From the NCBI GenBank assembly GCA_027858855.1, contig JAQIBV010000021.1, forward strand, positions 2,816 to 66,815: a stretch of 64,000 nt of DNA, in the 5' to 3' direction. This document shows positions 17,901 through 27,872 of the stretch, piece by piece. The translations under genes and the position numbers were made by a program. This stretch comes from Spirochaetota bacterium. Its GTDB lineage: Bacteria > Spirochaetota > UBA4802 > JAFGJZ01. The first letter of the stretch is position 1; every line of letters begins with the position of its first letter. The notes below the pieces were generated by a model. That model searched no databases. It was not told the origin of the DNA and saw only the letters and a program-made list of their open reading frames with translations.

Positions 17901-18612
17901 TATATAATTTCTCTGCCTGTAGTAACTCTTCTGGATTGTTAATTCCAATGCCTTCACGATTATCTTCTAAAATCGAAGATTTAACACAAAAACCGGACTT
18001 ATTAATATATTTAACTATATCAGGCAAATAGTACTCACCTTGCGCATTATTAGTTCCAACAGACTTAAGGCCTTTAAACAGTAAAGCCGAATCAACTACA
18101 TAGGTTCCTGTATTAACTTCATTAATTGCTTTTTCGGAGTCAGAAGCATCTTTTTCTTCTATTATTGATAGAACATTACCTTCATCATCTTTAACAATAC
18201 GTCCATAACCTGTAGGATTATCTGTTATCATAGTAAGAACCGAAGCCATGCATCTATCATTATCATAAAGTTTTAAGAGATTCTCAAAACTTTGCGGCGA
18301 AATAAAAGGTGCATCACCACATGCAATAATTACAGGCCCCTTGTATCCAACAAAAAAAGGCTCTGCTTGAAGAACAGCGTGTCCGGTACCAAGCTGTTGC
18401 TCTTGAAGGGCATACTGGAGAGAATCACCAAGAGCATCTTTAACTTTTTCAGCACCATATCCAACTACAACTGAAACCGACTCAACAGATATTGATCTTA
18501 ATGAGTCAACAACATACTGCGCTAAAGGTTTCCCCTTAATCGCATGCAAAACCTTCGGTAAGGATGAATTCATACGAACACCCTTACCGGCTGCTAAAAT
18601 AATAGCTCTCAT
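17890..18612 (-). CDS. sugar-nucleotide pyrophosphorylase, GlmU N-terminal (uridyltransferase) domain only
   Basis: MRAIILAAGKGVRM... nucleotidyltransferase motif; 240 aa, lacks the left-handed beta-helix acetyltransferase half of GlmU; sits at the glmU position of the conserved glmU-prs-ctc-pth cluster. Confidence 0.75.
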   Translation of the reverse strand: MRAIILAAGKGVRMNSSLPKVLHAIKGKPLAQYVVDSLRSISVESVSVVVGYGAEKVKDALGDSLQYALQEQQLGTGHAVLQAEPFFVGYKGPVIIACGDAPFISPQSFENLLKLYDNDRCMASVLTMITDNPTGYGRIVKDDEGNVLSIIEEKDASDSEKAINEVNTGTYVVDSALLFKGLKSVGTNNAQGEYYLPDIVKYINKSGFCVKSSILEDNREGIGINNPEELLQAEKLYNEF

Positions 18613-18628
18613 AAACCAACCACTCTAT

Positions 18629-18700
18629 CTGAGACGCAAGGATTCGAACCTTGGAATGCCGAGACCAAAACCCGGTGCCTTACCACTTGGCGACGCCTCA
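18629..18700 (-). tRNA. tRNA-Gln (anticodon UUG)
   Basis: Minus-strand TGAGGCGTCGCCAAGTGGTAAGGCACCGGGTTTTGGTCTCGGCATTCCAAGGTTCGAATCCTTGCGTCTCAG folds as cloverleaf (7-bp acceptor with one GU, GCCAAGYGGUAAGGC D-arm typical of tRNA-Gln, anticodon loop UUUUGGU, GGTTCGAATCC T-arm); CCA not encoded. Confidence 0.9.
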
Positions 18701-18702
18701 AT

Positions 18703-19563
18703 TTATATCAAATACGAAGCAACAGACTCTATTCCCTGTAATTTTAAAACCTTCTGAACTTTCAAAACTGATTCGCTAGATTCAAAAAGACCAAAAACGG
18801 ATGACCCTGAACCGGTCATAAGGGAATATAAAGCACCATTTTCATACAAGATTTTTTTAGTATTCGCTATTTCAGGATAACAAGAAACAGCATAATTTTC
18901 GAAACTATTTAAAAACTTTTTGAAATCCTTTTTCGCTAATCCGGACAACAGAACATTTGCGCTATTACCGATACTTTTAACAATCTCAACATATTGATAC
19001 GCATCTTTTGTATCAATGTGAAACTTGTTAAAAACAATCAAAACAATAATCCGACCAAGATTAAGCTGTACAGGCTTAATCAGATTACCAACTCCTGTAC
19101 AAAAAGCAGCTTTTTTTTGCAAGCAAAAAGGAACATCGGCTCCAACCTGTGCCGCCTTCCTCTGTAATTTTTTAAAACTGTAACAACAAAATACTTTATT
19201 TAAAGCACGCAACATTGCTGCAGCATCACTACTGCCACCAGCCAAACCCGCTCCAGCTGGAATGTTTTTCACAAGCCTTAATTTAACAAAAGCACTAAAA
19301 GATACATTTTCAAAGAACAGTTCAAAAGCCTTACATACAAGATTATCCTTTAATGGAACATCATCAAGAACCCACTTGTAGGGACCAACAACTTCCAGAT
19401 CGAGAAATCCATCATCCTTTTTTCTCTTTTCGAAGGAACTAAAAACCAACTCATCACAAAAAGACGATGAAACCATCAAAGATTCAATATTATGATACGA
19501 ATCCGGTCTCTTGCCAATCACCTGAAGATGTAAATTTAGTTTAGCAAAGGCTTTTTCTTTCAC
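18703..19563 (-). CDS. ispE: 4-diphosphocytidyl-2-C-methyl-D-erythritol kinase
   Basis: GHMP kinase; AKLNLHLQVIGKRPDSYHNIESL and PAGAGLAGGSSDAAA motifs. Confidence 0.85.
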   Translation of the reverse strand: MKEKAFAKLNLHLQVIGKRPDSYHNIESLMVSSSFCDELVFSSFEKRKKDDGFLDLEVVGPYKWVLDDVPLKDNLVCKAFELFFENVSFSAFVKLRLVKNIPAGAGLAGGSSDAAAMLRALNKVFCCYSFKKLQRKAAQVGADVPFCLQKKAAFCTGVGNLIKPVQLNLGRIIVLIVFNKFHIDTKDAYQYVEIVKSIGNSANVLLSGLAKKDFKKFLNSFENYAVSCYPEIANTKKILYENGALYSLMTGSGSSVFGLFESSESVLKVQKVLKLQGIESVASYLI

Positions 19564-19649
19564 TTGCCTACTTCTTGCGCAATTTCAGAGCAAAAATATT
19601 ATGCACCCTCTTATAGGTCAAGCCATTTTAAAAAGATTTACTTGTTTTT

Positions 19650-19683
19650 TTGTAATAAAAAGGACCTTCTAAACGAAGGTCCA
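19650..19683 (-). terminator. rho-independent terminator after OmpA-like lipoprotein gene (ggaccttc/gaaggtcc stem, T-run on minus strand)
   Basis: Seen directly. Confidence 0.7.
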
Positions 19684-19710
19684 TATTTAAAACTATCTAA
19701 AATTTTAAAT

Positions 19711-20208
19711 TTATTTTTTTGCTACTTCAAAAGTAACACGACGCTGTTGCGGATTACCAGCTGCTTCAGCATCTGTCATTTCTTTATCACCGGCAGACTT
19801 GGCGCCCATAAGAGAGGTGTTAACACCAACTGCTCGAAGCTCATTTACAACCTGACGTGCACGCTGACGACCCATCTGCATGTTAGCGCCTTTCGAGCCA
19901 TACTTACAAGCATGACCAACTGCATAAACCTTATAACCTTTCTTATTAAGCTCAAGAAAAGTAGGGTCTTCAAGAATAGCATTAATTGCCATAGAAGTTA
20001 CCTTCACTTTTTTAAGATCAGCGATCTTGTCACCAAATGTGTATGGACCAATAACTATTGCAGACAAATATGAATCTGTAAGAGCCTTAGCAATTTCTGC
20101 ATCTGGAGTCTCAGCAGTCACTTCTAAAGGAGTCGGAACAGAAGCACCACAAGAAGCAAGAACAACAGACATCAAGACAATTGAAGCCATTAAAAATATC
20201 TTTTTCAT
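19711..20208 (-). CDS. small OmpA-like (peptidoglycan-associated) lipoprotein
   Basis: Lipobox MKKIFLMASIVLMSVVLASCG; C-terminal OmpA_C-like GH..YGSKGANMQMGRQRARQV...QRRVTFEV; paralog of 20424..20894. Confidence 0.7.
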   Translation of the reverse strand: MKKIFLMASIVLMSVVLASCGASVPTPLEVTAETPDAEIAKALTDSYLSAIVIGPYTFGDKIADLKKVKVTSMAINAILEDPTFLELNKKGYKVYAVGHACKYGSKGANMQMGRQRARQVVNELRAVGVNTSLMGAKSAGDKEMTDAEAAGNPQQRRVTFEVAKK

Positions 20209-20367
20209 AAACTTCTCCTTAATTATTTAAATTTATGTTTTATTTTTATATTTGCATCTATAAAAATACTTTCAGCTTTTCAAAGTACTTTTCAGTTTTT
20301 CCTGAAAACAACAAAGAAAAACAAACCAATCCAACAGTAGTACTTTGATATTTTTAGAAAACATCAG

Positions 20368-20386
20368 AGAGGGCAAAGCCCTCTCC
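20368..20386 (-). terminator. weak hairpin (gagagggc aaa gccctctc) just after 20424..20894 gene
   Basis: Seen directly; U-tract poor. Confidence 0.35.
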
Positions 20387-20423
20387 AATAGAAAATAACA
20401 AATAACTATCTACTTAAGACCAG

Positions 20424-20894
20424 TTACTTTTTTACCACACGAAATGTTACACGTCTCTGCACAGGTGCAGCTACATCTTTTTCAGCAACCATATCCTTGT
20501 TATAACCATTTACAGCTTTAACATTAGATACATTCAGCCCAAGTGCACGAAGCTCATACATAACAGCTTTACCACGACGATAACCGATACCACCTTTGGC
20601 CTCAAACTTATCGTTGTGACCAACTATTGCAAGCACGAAACCAGCAGGAACGGCTTTCTGAGCAGAACTAATCACTGGATAAATCATAGCAATTCCATTC
20701 AGACTTGGAACACGAGCGCTATTGAAAGCAAATTCGTCAATAACAACAGGCTCCAGAGTTTTGCTGATTTCAGCAGCAATAGCAGCAGGACTTGCGCCAT
20801 CGTCAACACTCATTTCTGATGGCACAGAAGCACCACATGCTACGAAAGTAACTGCCAAAAATAATGCAGCAAGAGATAAAAGAACTTTTTTCAT
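20424..20894 (-). CDS. small OmpA-like lipoprotein (paralog)
   Basis: Lipobox MKKVLLSLAALFLAVTFVACG; C-terminal ...QRRVTFRVVKK shared with upstream paralog. Confidence 0.7.
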   Translation of the reverse strand: MKKVLLSLAALFLAVTFVACGASVPSEMSVDDGASPAAIAAEISKTLEPVVIDEFAFNSARVPSLNGIAMIYPVISSAQKAVPAGFVLAIVGHNDKFEAKGGIGYRRGKAVMYELRALGLNVSNVKAVNGYNKDMVAEKDVAAPVQRRVTFRVVKK

Positions 20895-20994
20895 TTTTTA
20901 CTCCTTAATTTAGATAGTTGATAATACTATTAATAAAGCCCCGAGAGAAAATCAAGTAAATTTTCATTAATTTCTAATTAATTAAAATCACCAG

Positions 20995-21522
20995 CTAATA
21001 AAGATTACGATTTTTTATCTCTAAAGGAAAGATTGAGTTAAATGGAGACGCCTCTACAATTTTTTCAATTCGTTCTATGTCAATAAAAGCGCTTCCACCA
21101 TTCCACTGAACGAATATCCAGCACGGAGGAGTTCCTGATTTACGCGAAGAACCTAAATACCACCCCCTTGATAATTCACTATCACTGATTTCATTATTTG
21201 TTTGTAAAATAGCAATCCGTTTTTGCTTATTATAGCCCATAAGTGGTGTTTTTTCAAGATCGTATGCAAAACGGTATGAATTATGTGCATCCTGAATAAA
21301 AATGAAAAAGTCGGGAATAATAAAATCTTCTACACGTACAATACCCCTTTTAGCATTGTTAATAGTAACAACTGAATGTGACAGAGATTTTTGACAATTA
21401 CTTGATACAGGATTGGAAATTAACGAAGATTCAACTTCTTCTATACGCAATGATGCACAGCTGCTCAAACCCGTAATTAAAACTATAATCAAAAAATTCT
21501 TAAAAATTGTAGTTATTCGCAT
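20995..21522 (-). CDS. hypothetical lipoprotein, translationally overlapping clostripain gene
   Basis: Internal ATG gives MRITTIFKNFLIIVLITGLSSCAS lipobox; 23-nt overlap with 3' end of C11 peptidase gene. Confidence 0.5.
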   Translation of the reverse strand: MRITTIFKNFLIIVLITGLSSCASLRIEEVESSLISNPVSSNCQKSLSHSVVTINNAKRGIVRVEDFIIPDFFIFIQDAHNSYRFAYDLEKTPLMGYNKQKRIAILQTNNEISDSELSRGWYLGSSRKSGTPPCWIFVQWNGGSAFIDIERIEKIVEASPFNSIFPLEIKNRNLY

Positions 21523-22984
21523 CAACTCCGCTCCCCCCAAACCAAAATTCAAGAATTTCAAACCAATTCTCAACTAGCCCATTTGAAGCTATTGCATTAT
21601 CCCTGCACCAATACAGATTACCATACCAATCACCAGTATCCAGCTTCTGAGGATTATACCATGACTGATTATCCCATGATAAAACGGTTTCACCTTCAAT
21701 CTCATAGAATTCATCGCCATCCGGAAAAAAGAGAGATAAACCGCTAAGCCCATTAACGAAATTTTCGTGCCGTGACACTCCACCGCCAAAAGAGAAAAGA
21801 ACGGACTCATCAATTAATTCAATTACATCTAAAATATCGGGCACAAGCCCGGAAGATATGAACTTAATTATACTGTATAAGTCAAAAAAGGGATATTCAA
21901 GTTGACTGTAAGGAGAGTCATAGTTAAAATAATGAATAAAATTCGCTCGATTTGATATAATTTCTTCTTCATTCAATGCAATCTCACCCGCATAGGAATC
22001 CAAACTATTTTTAAGCCTGTAAATTTCATTTAAATTGTAGGCGCTTAGCGTTTGACCCGAAACATTGAGCTCTGTTATTGAGTCATAATACTCCTCTACT
22101 ATAATAGAAGCAAAATCTGCCGCATTCATTGTATATGGATCATAAATAATTTCAAAAGGAGTCTCTTCAATCACATCATTCGCTTCATCTGTATAGTAGC
22201 CTTCACCGATAGAAGAGAGACGCTCAAAAATTCGCGAATAATCCCACCCGGGGCCCCATTCTTCATCAGCCGATGCGACCATAATTTTAGCGTAAAACCC
22301 CTCATGCTGAGGAGCAAACTGATAGGCTACCTCAACGGAACCCATGTAACAGGCATCAAACCCCATCAGCTCTACACTTTCATCACTGGTTAAGTAATCG
22401 GAAATTTCACCAATACCTAGCGAATCATCATCTGTGAAATCGGAACAAATCTCTCTGGAAATATCAGGTGAAGACGAAACTGAGCGCGGTCCACCTCCAT
22501 GATCCCAGAAAATAAGAGCATATTTTTCAGACGGGTAATTGTTTTTGGAAAAAGTTATGAATTTTTTTAAATTATTCGGATCCCCCATATTAGCCTCGTA
22601 ATAACCTGAATCGGTGATTTCCGGGAACCAGACTTCGCCATCAAGCCTCTGTACTGCATTTTCACGCATTCGATACAATCGGGTGTCAGTAAAATTTTCT
22701 TCGAAAGCTCCAGATTCATTCGTACTGCCTCGAACCGAATTATCAGCCCGGTCTACAAGTAAAATTACCTCATAACCTCTGTCCTTTGTGTAAGTTTTTA
22801 CCATTTCATTCAGATCGAGAAGCGCGTAGGGCTCAAGATCATTATCAGCACACATGTATATCATTATGGTCCATGTCCCGTCATTAACCAGTCCATCTAT
22901 CTTATAATGGAATATAGGCTCCTCGGAAGAGGAAGAACAGGCACAAAAACCAAGTAAAAACAGAAAAGTAACAAAATTTTTCAT
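21500..22984 (-). CDS. clostripain-family cysteine peptidase (MEROPS C11) lipoprotein
   Basis: Lipobox LLGFCACSSS; His-Gly (FWDHGGG) and Cys (GFDACYMG) catalytic dyad motifs of C11; ATG at 22984 has GAGGGG SD. Confidence 0.8.
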   Translation of the reverse strand: MKNFVTFLFLLGFCACSSSSEEPIFHYKIDGLVNDGTWTIMIYMCADNDLEPYALLDLNEMVKTYTKDRGYEVILLVDRADNSVRGSTNESGAFEENFTDTRLYRMRENAVQRLDGEVWFPEITDSGYYEANMGDPNNLKKFITFSKNNYPSEKYALIFWDHGGGPRSVSSSPDISREICSDFTDDDSLGIGEISDYLTSDESVELMGFDACYMGSVEVAYQFAPQHEGFYAKIMVASADEEWGPGWDYSRIFERLSSIGEGYYTDEANDVIEETPFEIIYDPYTMNAADFASIIVEEYYDSITELNVSGQTLSAYNLNEIYRLKNSLDSYAGEIALNEEEIISNRANFIHYFNYDSPYSQLEYPFFDLYSIIKFISSGLVPDILDVIELIDESVLFSFGGGVSRHENFVNGLSGLSLFFPDGDEFYEIEGETVLSWDNQSWYNPQKLDTGDWYGNLYWCRDNAIASNGLVENWFEILEFWFGGSGVDANNYNF

Positions 22985-23047
22985 TTTTCCCCTCAAGTCA
23001 CCTATATATTTATGTCCACAATGTCGAAAATCTGATTGAGGTATATT

Positions 23048-24229
23048 ATGAAAAGACTATTTCTGCTACTACTATTTTTTTCATTTTCTTTATTTGCGGC
23101 ACCAGTCACTCTACAATGGAAGCTTAATGAAGGAGACCGGATTGAAGTTTTAAAAACAGCCGAAGTACAATCATTTATTAATGCCAAAACAAATGCTGTT
23201 TATTCTGAACGAAATATTATTGATTTAACCTGTAAAAAAGATAATGGAAATCTTTTTAATGTAAATGGGACATTTGCGGTTTTCACCAAAATAAAAAACG
23301 AGTCTGTTTTCAAGAGAACCGATATTAGTAGTTCATCATTCTGGATACAAAACAATGGCGTTTTCAAGGTGTCAAAAGAGTTCTTAATGCCAAACCTGCG
23401 ACATATCCCCAGTTTTCCTACAAAACCGGTCAATGTCGGAGATAAATGGAATATGGAGGGTGAAATTATTATTGATTCACTCAGTATACCCTTTTCCATT
23501 ACAATGCCGGTCCATTATACTCTAAACAAGATAGAAGATGAAAAATCCGTTAAGATAGCTTACATCGAGTATTCCTACCTGATTAACCAGGATATTAAAC
23601 CTGGGACTGTACCAGAAGATTTTCCTGTTCAAATCAAGGGAAGAGATACTGGAATAATAAAATGGGATATTACTCATAATCGACCACTTGACTTCTTCAA
23701 TAAATACCATGTAGTTTTCATTTTTAATCATGATCGAATGGTAACCACATATGAGTGGAAAATGAATGTTGATACAAAACATACCGTGTATCCATACATC
23801 ACACCAAAAGAAAAAACAGTTAAAAAAGAAGAACTTGATAAAGAAATTGATAACGAAAATATAACTGTTGAGGAAAATGAAAAGGGTTTAGTTATCCGTA
23901 TGGGAGAGGTATTGTTTGCTTTCGACTCAGCAGACTTAAAACCTGAAACTCAAAAAACCCTGAGTGATATTTTGAATCTTATTAAAGCCAAGTACCCAGA
24001 TCGTGAAATCATTGTTGAAGGACACACTGACAATACTGGAAACCCACACTATAATCAAAGCTTATCGGAAAAGAGAGCATCAAACGTAGCATCGGTGATA
24101 ATCAACGGTGTTGATCACGACAAAGTTTCCTATATTGGCCATGGCGAGAAGTTTCCAATTGAAAAAAACAACACAGCAGAAGGACGCAAAAAAAATCGAC
24201 GAGTTGATATCATTATCAAACTGAATTAA
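23048..24229 (+). CDS. secreted OmpA-domain protein (unknown N-terminal domain + C-terminal OmpA_C)
   Basis: Signal peptide MKRLFLLLLFFSFSLFAAP; C-terminus GHTDNTGNPHYNQSLSEKRASNV...NRRVDIIIK. Confidence 0.7.
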   Translation: MKRLFLLLLFFSFSLFAAPVTLQWKLNEGDRIEVLKTAEVQSFINAKTNAVYSERNIIDLTCKKDNGNLFNVNGTFAVFTKIKNESVFKRTDISSSSFWIQNNGVFKVSKEFLMPNLRHIPSFPTKPVNVGDKWNMEGEIIIDSLSIPFSITMPVHYTLNKIEDEKSVKIAYIEYSYLINQDIKPGTVPEDFPVQIKGRDTGIIKWDITHNRPLDFFNKYHVVFIFNHDRMVTTYEWKMNVDTKHTVYPYITPKEKTVKKEELDKEIDNENITVEENEKGLVIRMGEVLFAFDSADLKPETQKTLSDILNLIKAKYPDREIIVEGHTDNTGNPHYNQSLSEKRASNVASVIINGVDHDKVSYIGHGEKFPIEKNNTAEGRKKNRRVDIIIKLN

Positions 24230-24236
24230 TTGTGAA

Positions 24237-25085
24237 GTGAATTTAAAAGAAAAAGTTTTAATAAGAAAATATCTTGAGCGCAAAGACTATCCGGCTGTCC
24301 TGGAACAGACAGCCGGAATCCTGAAAAAAGAGCAAAATAGCTATCTCTTCTTTCTTCATGCAAAATCTCTCTATAATTTACAGAAATACAGCGAATCTCT
24401 TGAATCGATTAAGAAAGCGCTACGATACAAAGATGTGGACGCTGAGCTCTTTCTGCTTGCAGGGCGCATCTACCTTAAACTTGACTACTTTAAAAAAGCA
24501 GAAGAATTTTACAGGCATGTTATCAAGGTAAAACCGGAAAACGCAGAGGCCTCTGCATCATATGCCTTCTTACTATACATAACTGGAAACAATACAGAAT
24601 CCGAGGAATTCCTTTCAAGAGCATTCATCATTGAAGAAAACAATCTATTTGCTCTAGTAACCCATTTTAAAATAGGCCTGTATAACAGAGGCTTTAAAAA
24701 AGAGGCATTTCGACTTGAAGAAATAATCACACACTGCACTGCTGAAAGTTTTTATACTACACACGAAATACTAACCGGCCTTTATACCGGCCAAAAACGA
24801 AAAGCAAAAAAACTGTTAAAACAGAAAGCTTCAAAACTACTAAATGATGAATTATATAAAGCCCTCAAGAAAACTATTTCTCTAGGTAAAAACAAAAAAA
24901 TCAGAACCGCTAGTAAAAAAATTACTGCAATTACTATAAGCCTCAACACACTGATACTCTCTTCACTCTTCTTTCTGAACAGAGATCTTTTCATTCTATG
25001 GCTTTTTTTGTGCGCACTTATGGTCATTGCTAAAATTGTATCAATCATTCGAAAAGTCTATTATGCCTTCCGTGAAAACCGATAA
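24237..25085 (+). CDS. TPR-repeat protein with C-terminal transmembrane segments
   Basis: GTG start; TPR-like helical repeats; hydrophobic C-terminus; start uncertain. Confidence 0.5.
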   Translation: MNLKEKVLIRKYLERKDYPAVLEQTAGILKKEQNSYLFFLHAKSLYNLQKYSESLESIKKALRYKDVDAELFLLAGRIYLKLDYFKKAEEFYRHVIKVKPENAEASASYAFLLYITGNNTESEEFLSRAFIIEENNLFALVTHFKIGLYNRGFKKEAFRLEEIITHCTAESFYTTHEILTGLYTGQKRKAKKLLKQKASKLLNDELYKALKKTISLGKNKKIRTASKKITAITISLNTLILSSLFFLNRDLFILWLFLCALMVIAKIVSIIRKVYYAFRENR

Positions 25086-25534
25086 GCACGTTCCAGCTTA
25101 AGAAGTTCACGCTTTCTCCATAATCCTGAACTGAATCCCCCAAGAGACCCATCGGAAGATATAAGACGATGACAAGGAACAGCAATTGCAAGACGGTTTT
25201 TACCTGCCGCATTGCCAACAGCACGATAAGCTTTTTCATTACCACAATCGATCGCAAGGGAACAATAACTCAACGTTTCTCCATATGAGATTCTAATCAA
25301 TTGATTGTGAACTTTTTGCTGAAACTCTGTCCCCTGAATCAAGAAAGGAAACGAAAATTTAAACAATTTTCCGTCAAAATATGCAGTAATCTGATTCCGG
25401 GCTTCGTAAAGAAGTTCAGACGGGGTATCTTTTATATTTTTTTCACTATTTCTGAAGCTAATAGATACAATCAAATTATTTTCCTCACTGATATCTACAA
25501 ACCCCAGGTTTGTCTTTAAACAGACAGTTTTCAT
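25061..25534 (-). CDS. ogt: methylated-DNA--protein-cysteine methyltransferase
   Basis: Active site AVPCHRLISSDGSLGGF; GGAGGA SD. Confidence 0.85.
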   Translation of the reverse strand: MKTVCLKTNLGFVDISEENNLIVSISFRNSEKNIKDTPSELLYEARNQITAYFDGKLFKFSFPFLIQGTEFQQKVHNQLIRISYGETLSYCSLAIDCGNEKAYRAVGNAAGKNRLAIAVPCHRLISSDGSLGGFSSGLWRKRELLKLERAYRFSRKA

Positions 25535-25857
25535 CTTCTATCCTCCATTAGATTTTCCCTCAACACAAAAACGAACCGGTCTCAAAACAGATACCCCTGA
25601 TACTATATCGATAGTTCTAAGATATGTTTATTAAATCTCCAATTGCAATAGACATAGTTTAGCCTTGATCACATCAACACTGACTATAGGGTTTAATTCA
25701 GTCTTTGTCGAAAATGATTTCAAATTCCAAGAAAAAAAAGTATTGCCTATTTGAAATAGTAGGTTTTTTTATTGAAAACTTCGAAAGAGTGATTGATGAA
25801 TCAACTATTCGAGAATACCATAAAATAGTTCTCCATATTAGAAAATCAGAGGTTTCA

Positions 25858-26856
25858 ATGCTTTTTTTAGATAAAACAATAACAACATTTTTTCAATACG
25901 ATAATTCATTTCTGCTCAGGTTATCAACATTTTTTGATTTTCTGGGATCATCAACCGGATACATTTTACTACTTTTAATCATCCTGTTTTATATCGATTA
26001 CAGGCTTGCCTTAAATTTAGCAATAATTCTCTCTTTTTCCTTTATTATTAATTCCATTTTAAAACTTACTTTTCGGTTGCCCCGTCCATTTGAGACAGAT
26101 CAGACTGTAAAAAATTATCTGAGAATTAACCGCTTTATCGGTTATGGCATGCCCTCCGGTCACGCTCAAACAGCCTCATCCCTATTTTTTGAACTCACTA
26201 AACTTATTAAATACAAGATAATAATTATCCTTTTAGCTCTGTTGGTATTATGCATCGGTCTTTCACGCATCTATTTAGGACTACATTGGCCTTCTCAGGT
26301 TTTAGCCGGATTCACAATGGGATATTTTGCCATAAAAATTATTGATAGGTTTAAAACGTCTCAATTTTTTACCCAATTTTTATCTATGAGTTGCGAATAT
26401 AAGATTACAGCGACAACTGTTTTTGCCCTTTTAATTACACTTGGCGGCTTGACTAATATGATGATTTTGGGGGATGCTTCTTCATCTCTTTCAATTTTTG
26501 CAAAAGGAAAAGAGCTTTTCAGCGGTTGTGCTCTTTTATCCGGAAGTGCCTGTGGAGGATTTTTACTTAGGAATAAATTTTCTATTCGATATAATCGATA
26601 CCTTTTTTCAGGTAGTTTGAGGTTTATAACCGGATCTTCAATTCTTTTACTTACTTTCATTCCTTTGCTGCTGCTGATAAAAAAACTATCAGTTAACAAT
26701 GCAACAAATTCAATCACTGCAATTTCTCTGCTGTATGCCTATTTTTTTACGACATATATTTTCGCTTTCAGCGCATTCTACTTTATTCAGCACTTCTTTA
26801 ACCGTCTTGGACTGGTGTTTCTTGAACCAAAGGGAACTCAACATAATGAAGCATGA
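25858..26856 (+). CDS. PAP2-family membrane phosphatase
   Basis: KLTFRLPRPF, PSGH and SRIYLGLHWPSQV acid-phosphatase motifs; start chosen at ATG with AGAGGT SD (alternative ATG 25714 / TTG 25705 without SD). Confidence 0.65.
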   Translation: MLFLDKTITTFFQYDNSFLLRLSTFFDFLGSSTGYILLLLIILFYIDYRLALNLAIILSFSFIINSILKLTFRLPRPFETDQTVKNYLRINRFIGYGMPSGHAQTASSLFFELTKLIKYKIIIILLALLVLCIGLSRIYLGLHWPSQVLAGFTMGYFAIKIIDRFKTSQFFTQFLSMSCEYKITATTVFALLITLGGLTNMMILGDASSSLSIFAKGKELFSGCALLSGSACGGFLLRNKFSIRYNRYLFSGSLRFITGSSILLLTFIPLLLLIKKLSVNNATNSITAISLLYAYFFTTYIFAFSAFYFIQHFFNRLGLVFLEPKGTQHNEA

Positions 26857-27829
26857 ATTCAGAACCATTATTAAACCACCGCATTATGATTTTTCGGTAT
26901 CCTTTGATGATACTTTTTTTTTGACAGGCTCCTGTTTCAGTGAAGAGATAGGAAACAGGCTTTACAGACATGGCTTTACTATTAAAGAGAATCCTTCAGG
27001 AATACTGTTTAATCCGCTTTCAATAGAATTATCGTTTAGTCAAATACTTGAAAGCAGCTACAGCCCTACAGAAGCTGCTTTTATAACACAAAATGGCATC
27101 TGGCTATCTTTGATGCACCACTCTTCCGTGTCTCATAAAAACAGAGAATCCCTGTATAGAATTATAGAGGAGGGTCAACTTGAAGCGAAAGAGTTCCTGA
27201 AAAACTGTTCAATAATAATAATTACTCTGGGATCTGCTCACTATTATTATCATAATGCCAAAAAACTTATCGTTGCCAATTGTCATAAGCTTCCGGCAGA
27301 AACCTTTACTCGAAAGACAATGACTCATTCTGAAATCGCTGTCTCTATCTCGAAGATTATTCAAATGATTCAAAAAGTAAATAACACCGCCCGCATAATC
27401 TTCACGGTAAGCCCAGTTATTCACCAACGAAACGGCCTTATCGAAAACATGAGAAGCAAGGCGACTTTAATCAGTGCCCTGCACGAAAGTCTTTCTAAAA
27501 AAGACAATGCCTATTATTTCCCCTCTTTTGAAATTCTTACCCAGGATTTAAGAGATTATAGGTTTTATAAGGAAGATATGATTCACCCTACGAAGATTGC
27601 TGTAGATTACATATGGAATATTTTCAAGAGTTCGTTTTTTTCAAAAGAAACAGAAGATTTGGCTGGCAAATGTGCTAAACTTTATGCCCGTTTTGAACAT
27701 AAAGCTTTTATTCCTGAATCTGAAGGTCATGCCAGATTTTTGCAAAAAACAGATGAGCAGTTGAAACTGCTTCGTAAACATTTGGGCAAAGACCTTTTTA
27801 TTAAAGAAGAGAAAGCTGAAGAGAACTAG
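26846..27829 (+). CDS. GSCFA-family protein
   Basis: FLTGSCFSEEIG motif; 11-nt overlap with PAP2 gene. Confidence 0.7.
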   Translation: MKHEFRTIIKPPHYDFSVSFDDTFFLTGSCFSEEIGNRLYRHGFTIKENPSGILFNPLSIELSFSQILESSYSPTEAAFITQNGIWLSLMHHSSVSHKNRESLYRIIEEGQLEAKEFLKNCSIIIITLGSAHYYYHNAKKLIVANCHKLPAETFTRKTMTHSEIAVSISKIIQMIQKVNNTARIIFTVSPVIHQRNGLIENMRSKATLISALHESLSKKDNAYYFPSFEILTQDLRDYRFYKEDMIHPTKIAVDYIWNIFKSSFFSKETEDLAGKCAKLYARFEHKAFIPESEGHARFLQKTDEQLKLLRKHLGKDLFIKEEKAEEN

Positions 27830-27872
27830 ATTCCCAGCACATTACACATTTTATCATGGTAAATATCGATAA

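Noticed and set aside
19564-20073. 169-aa plus-strand ORF
   Set aside because: Overlaps the well-supported minus-strand OmpA-like lipoprotein gene; no domain, low-complexity translation
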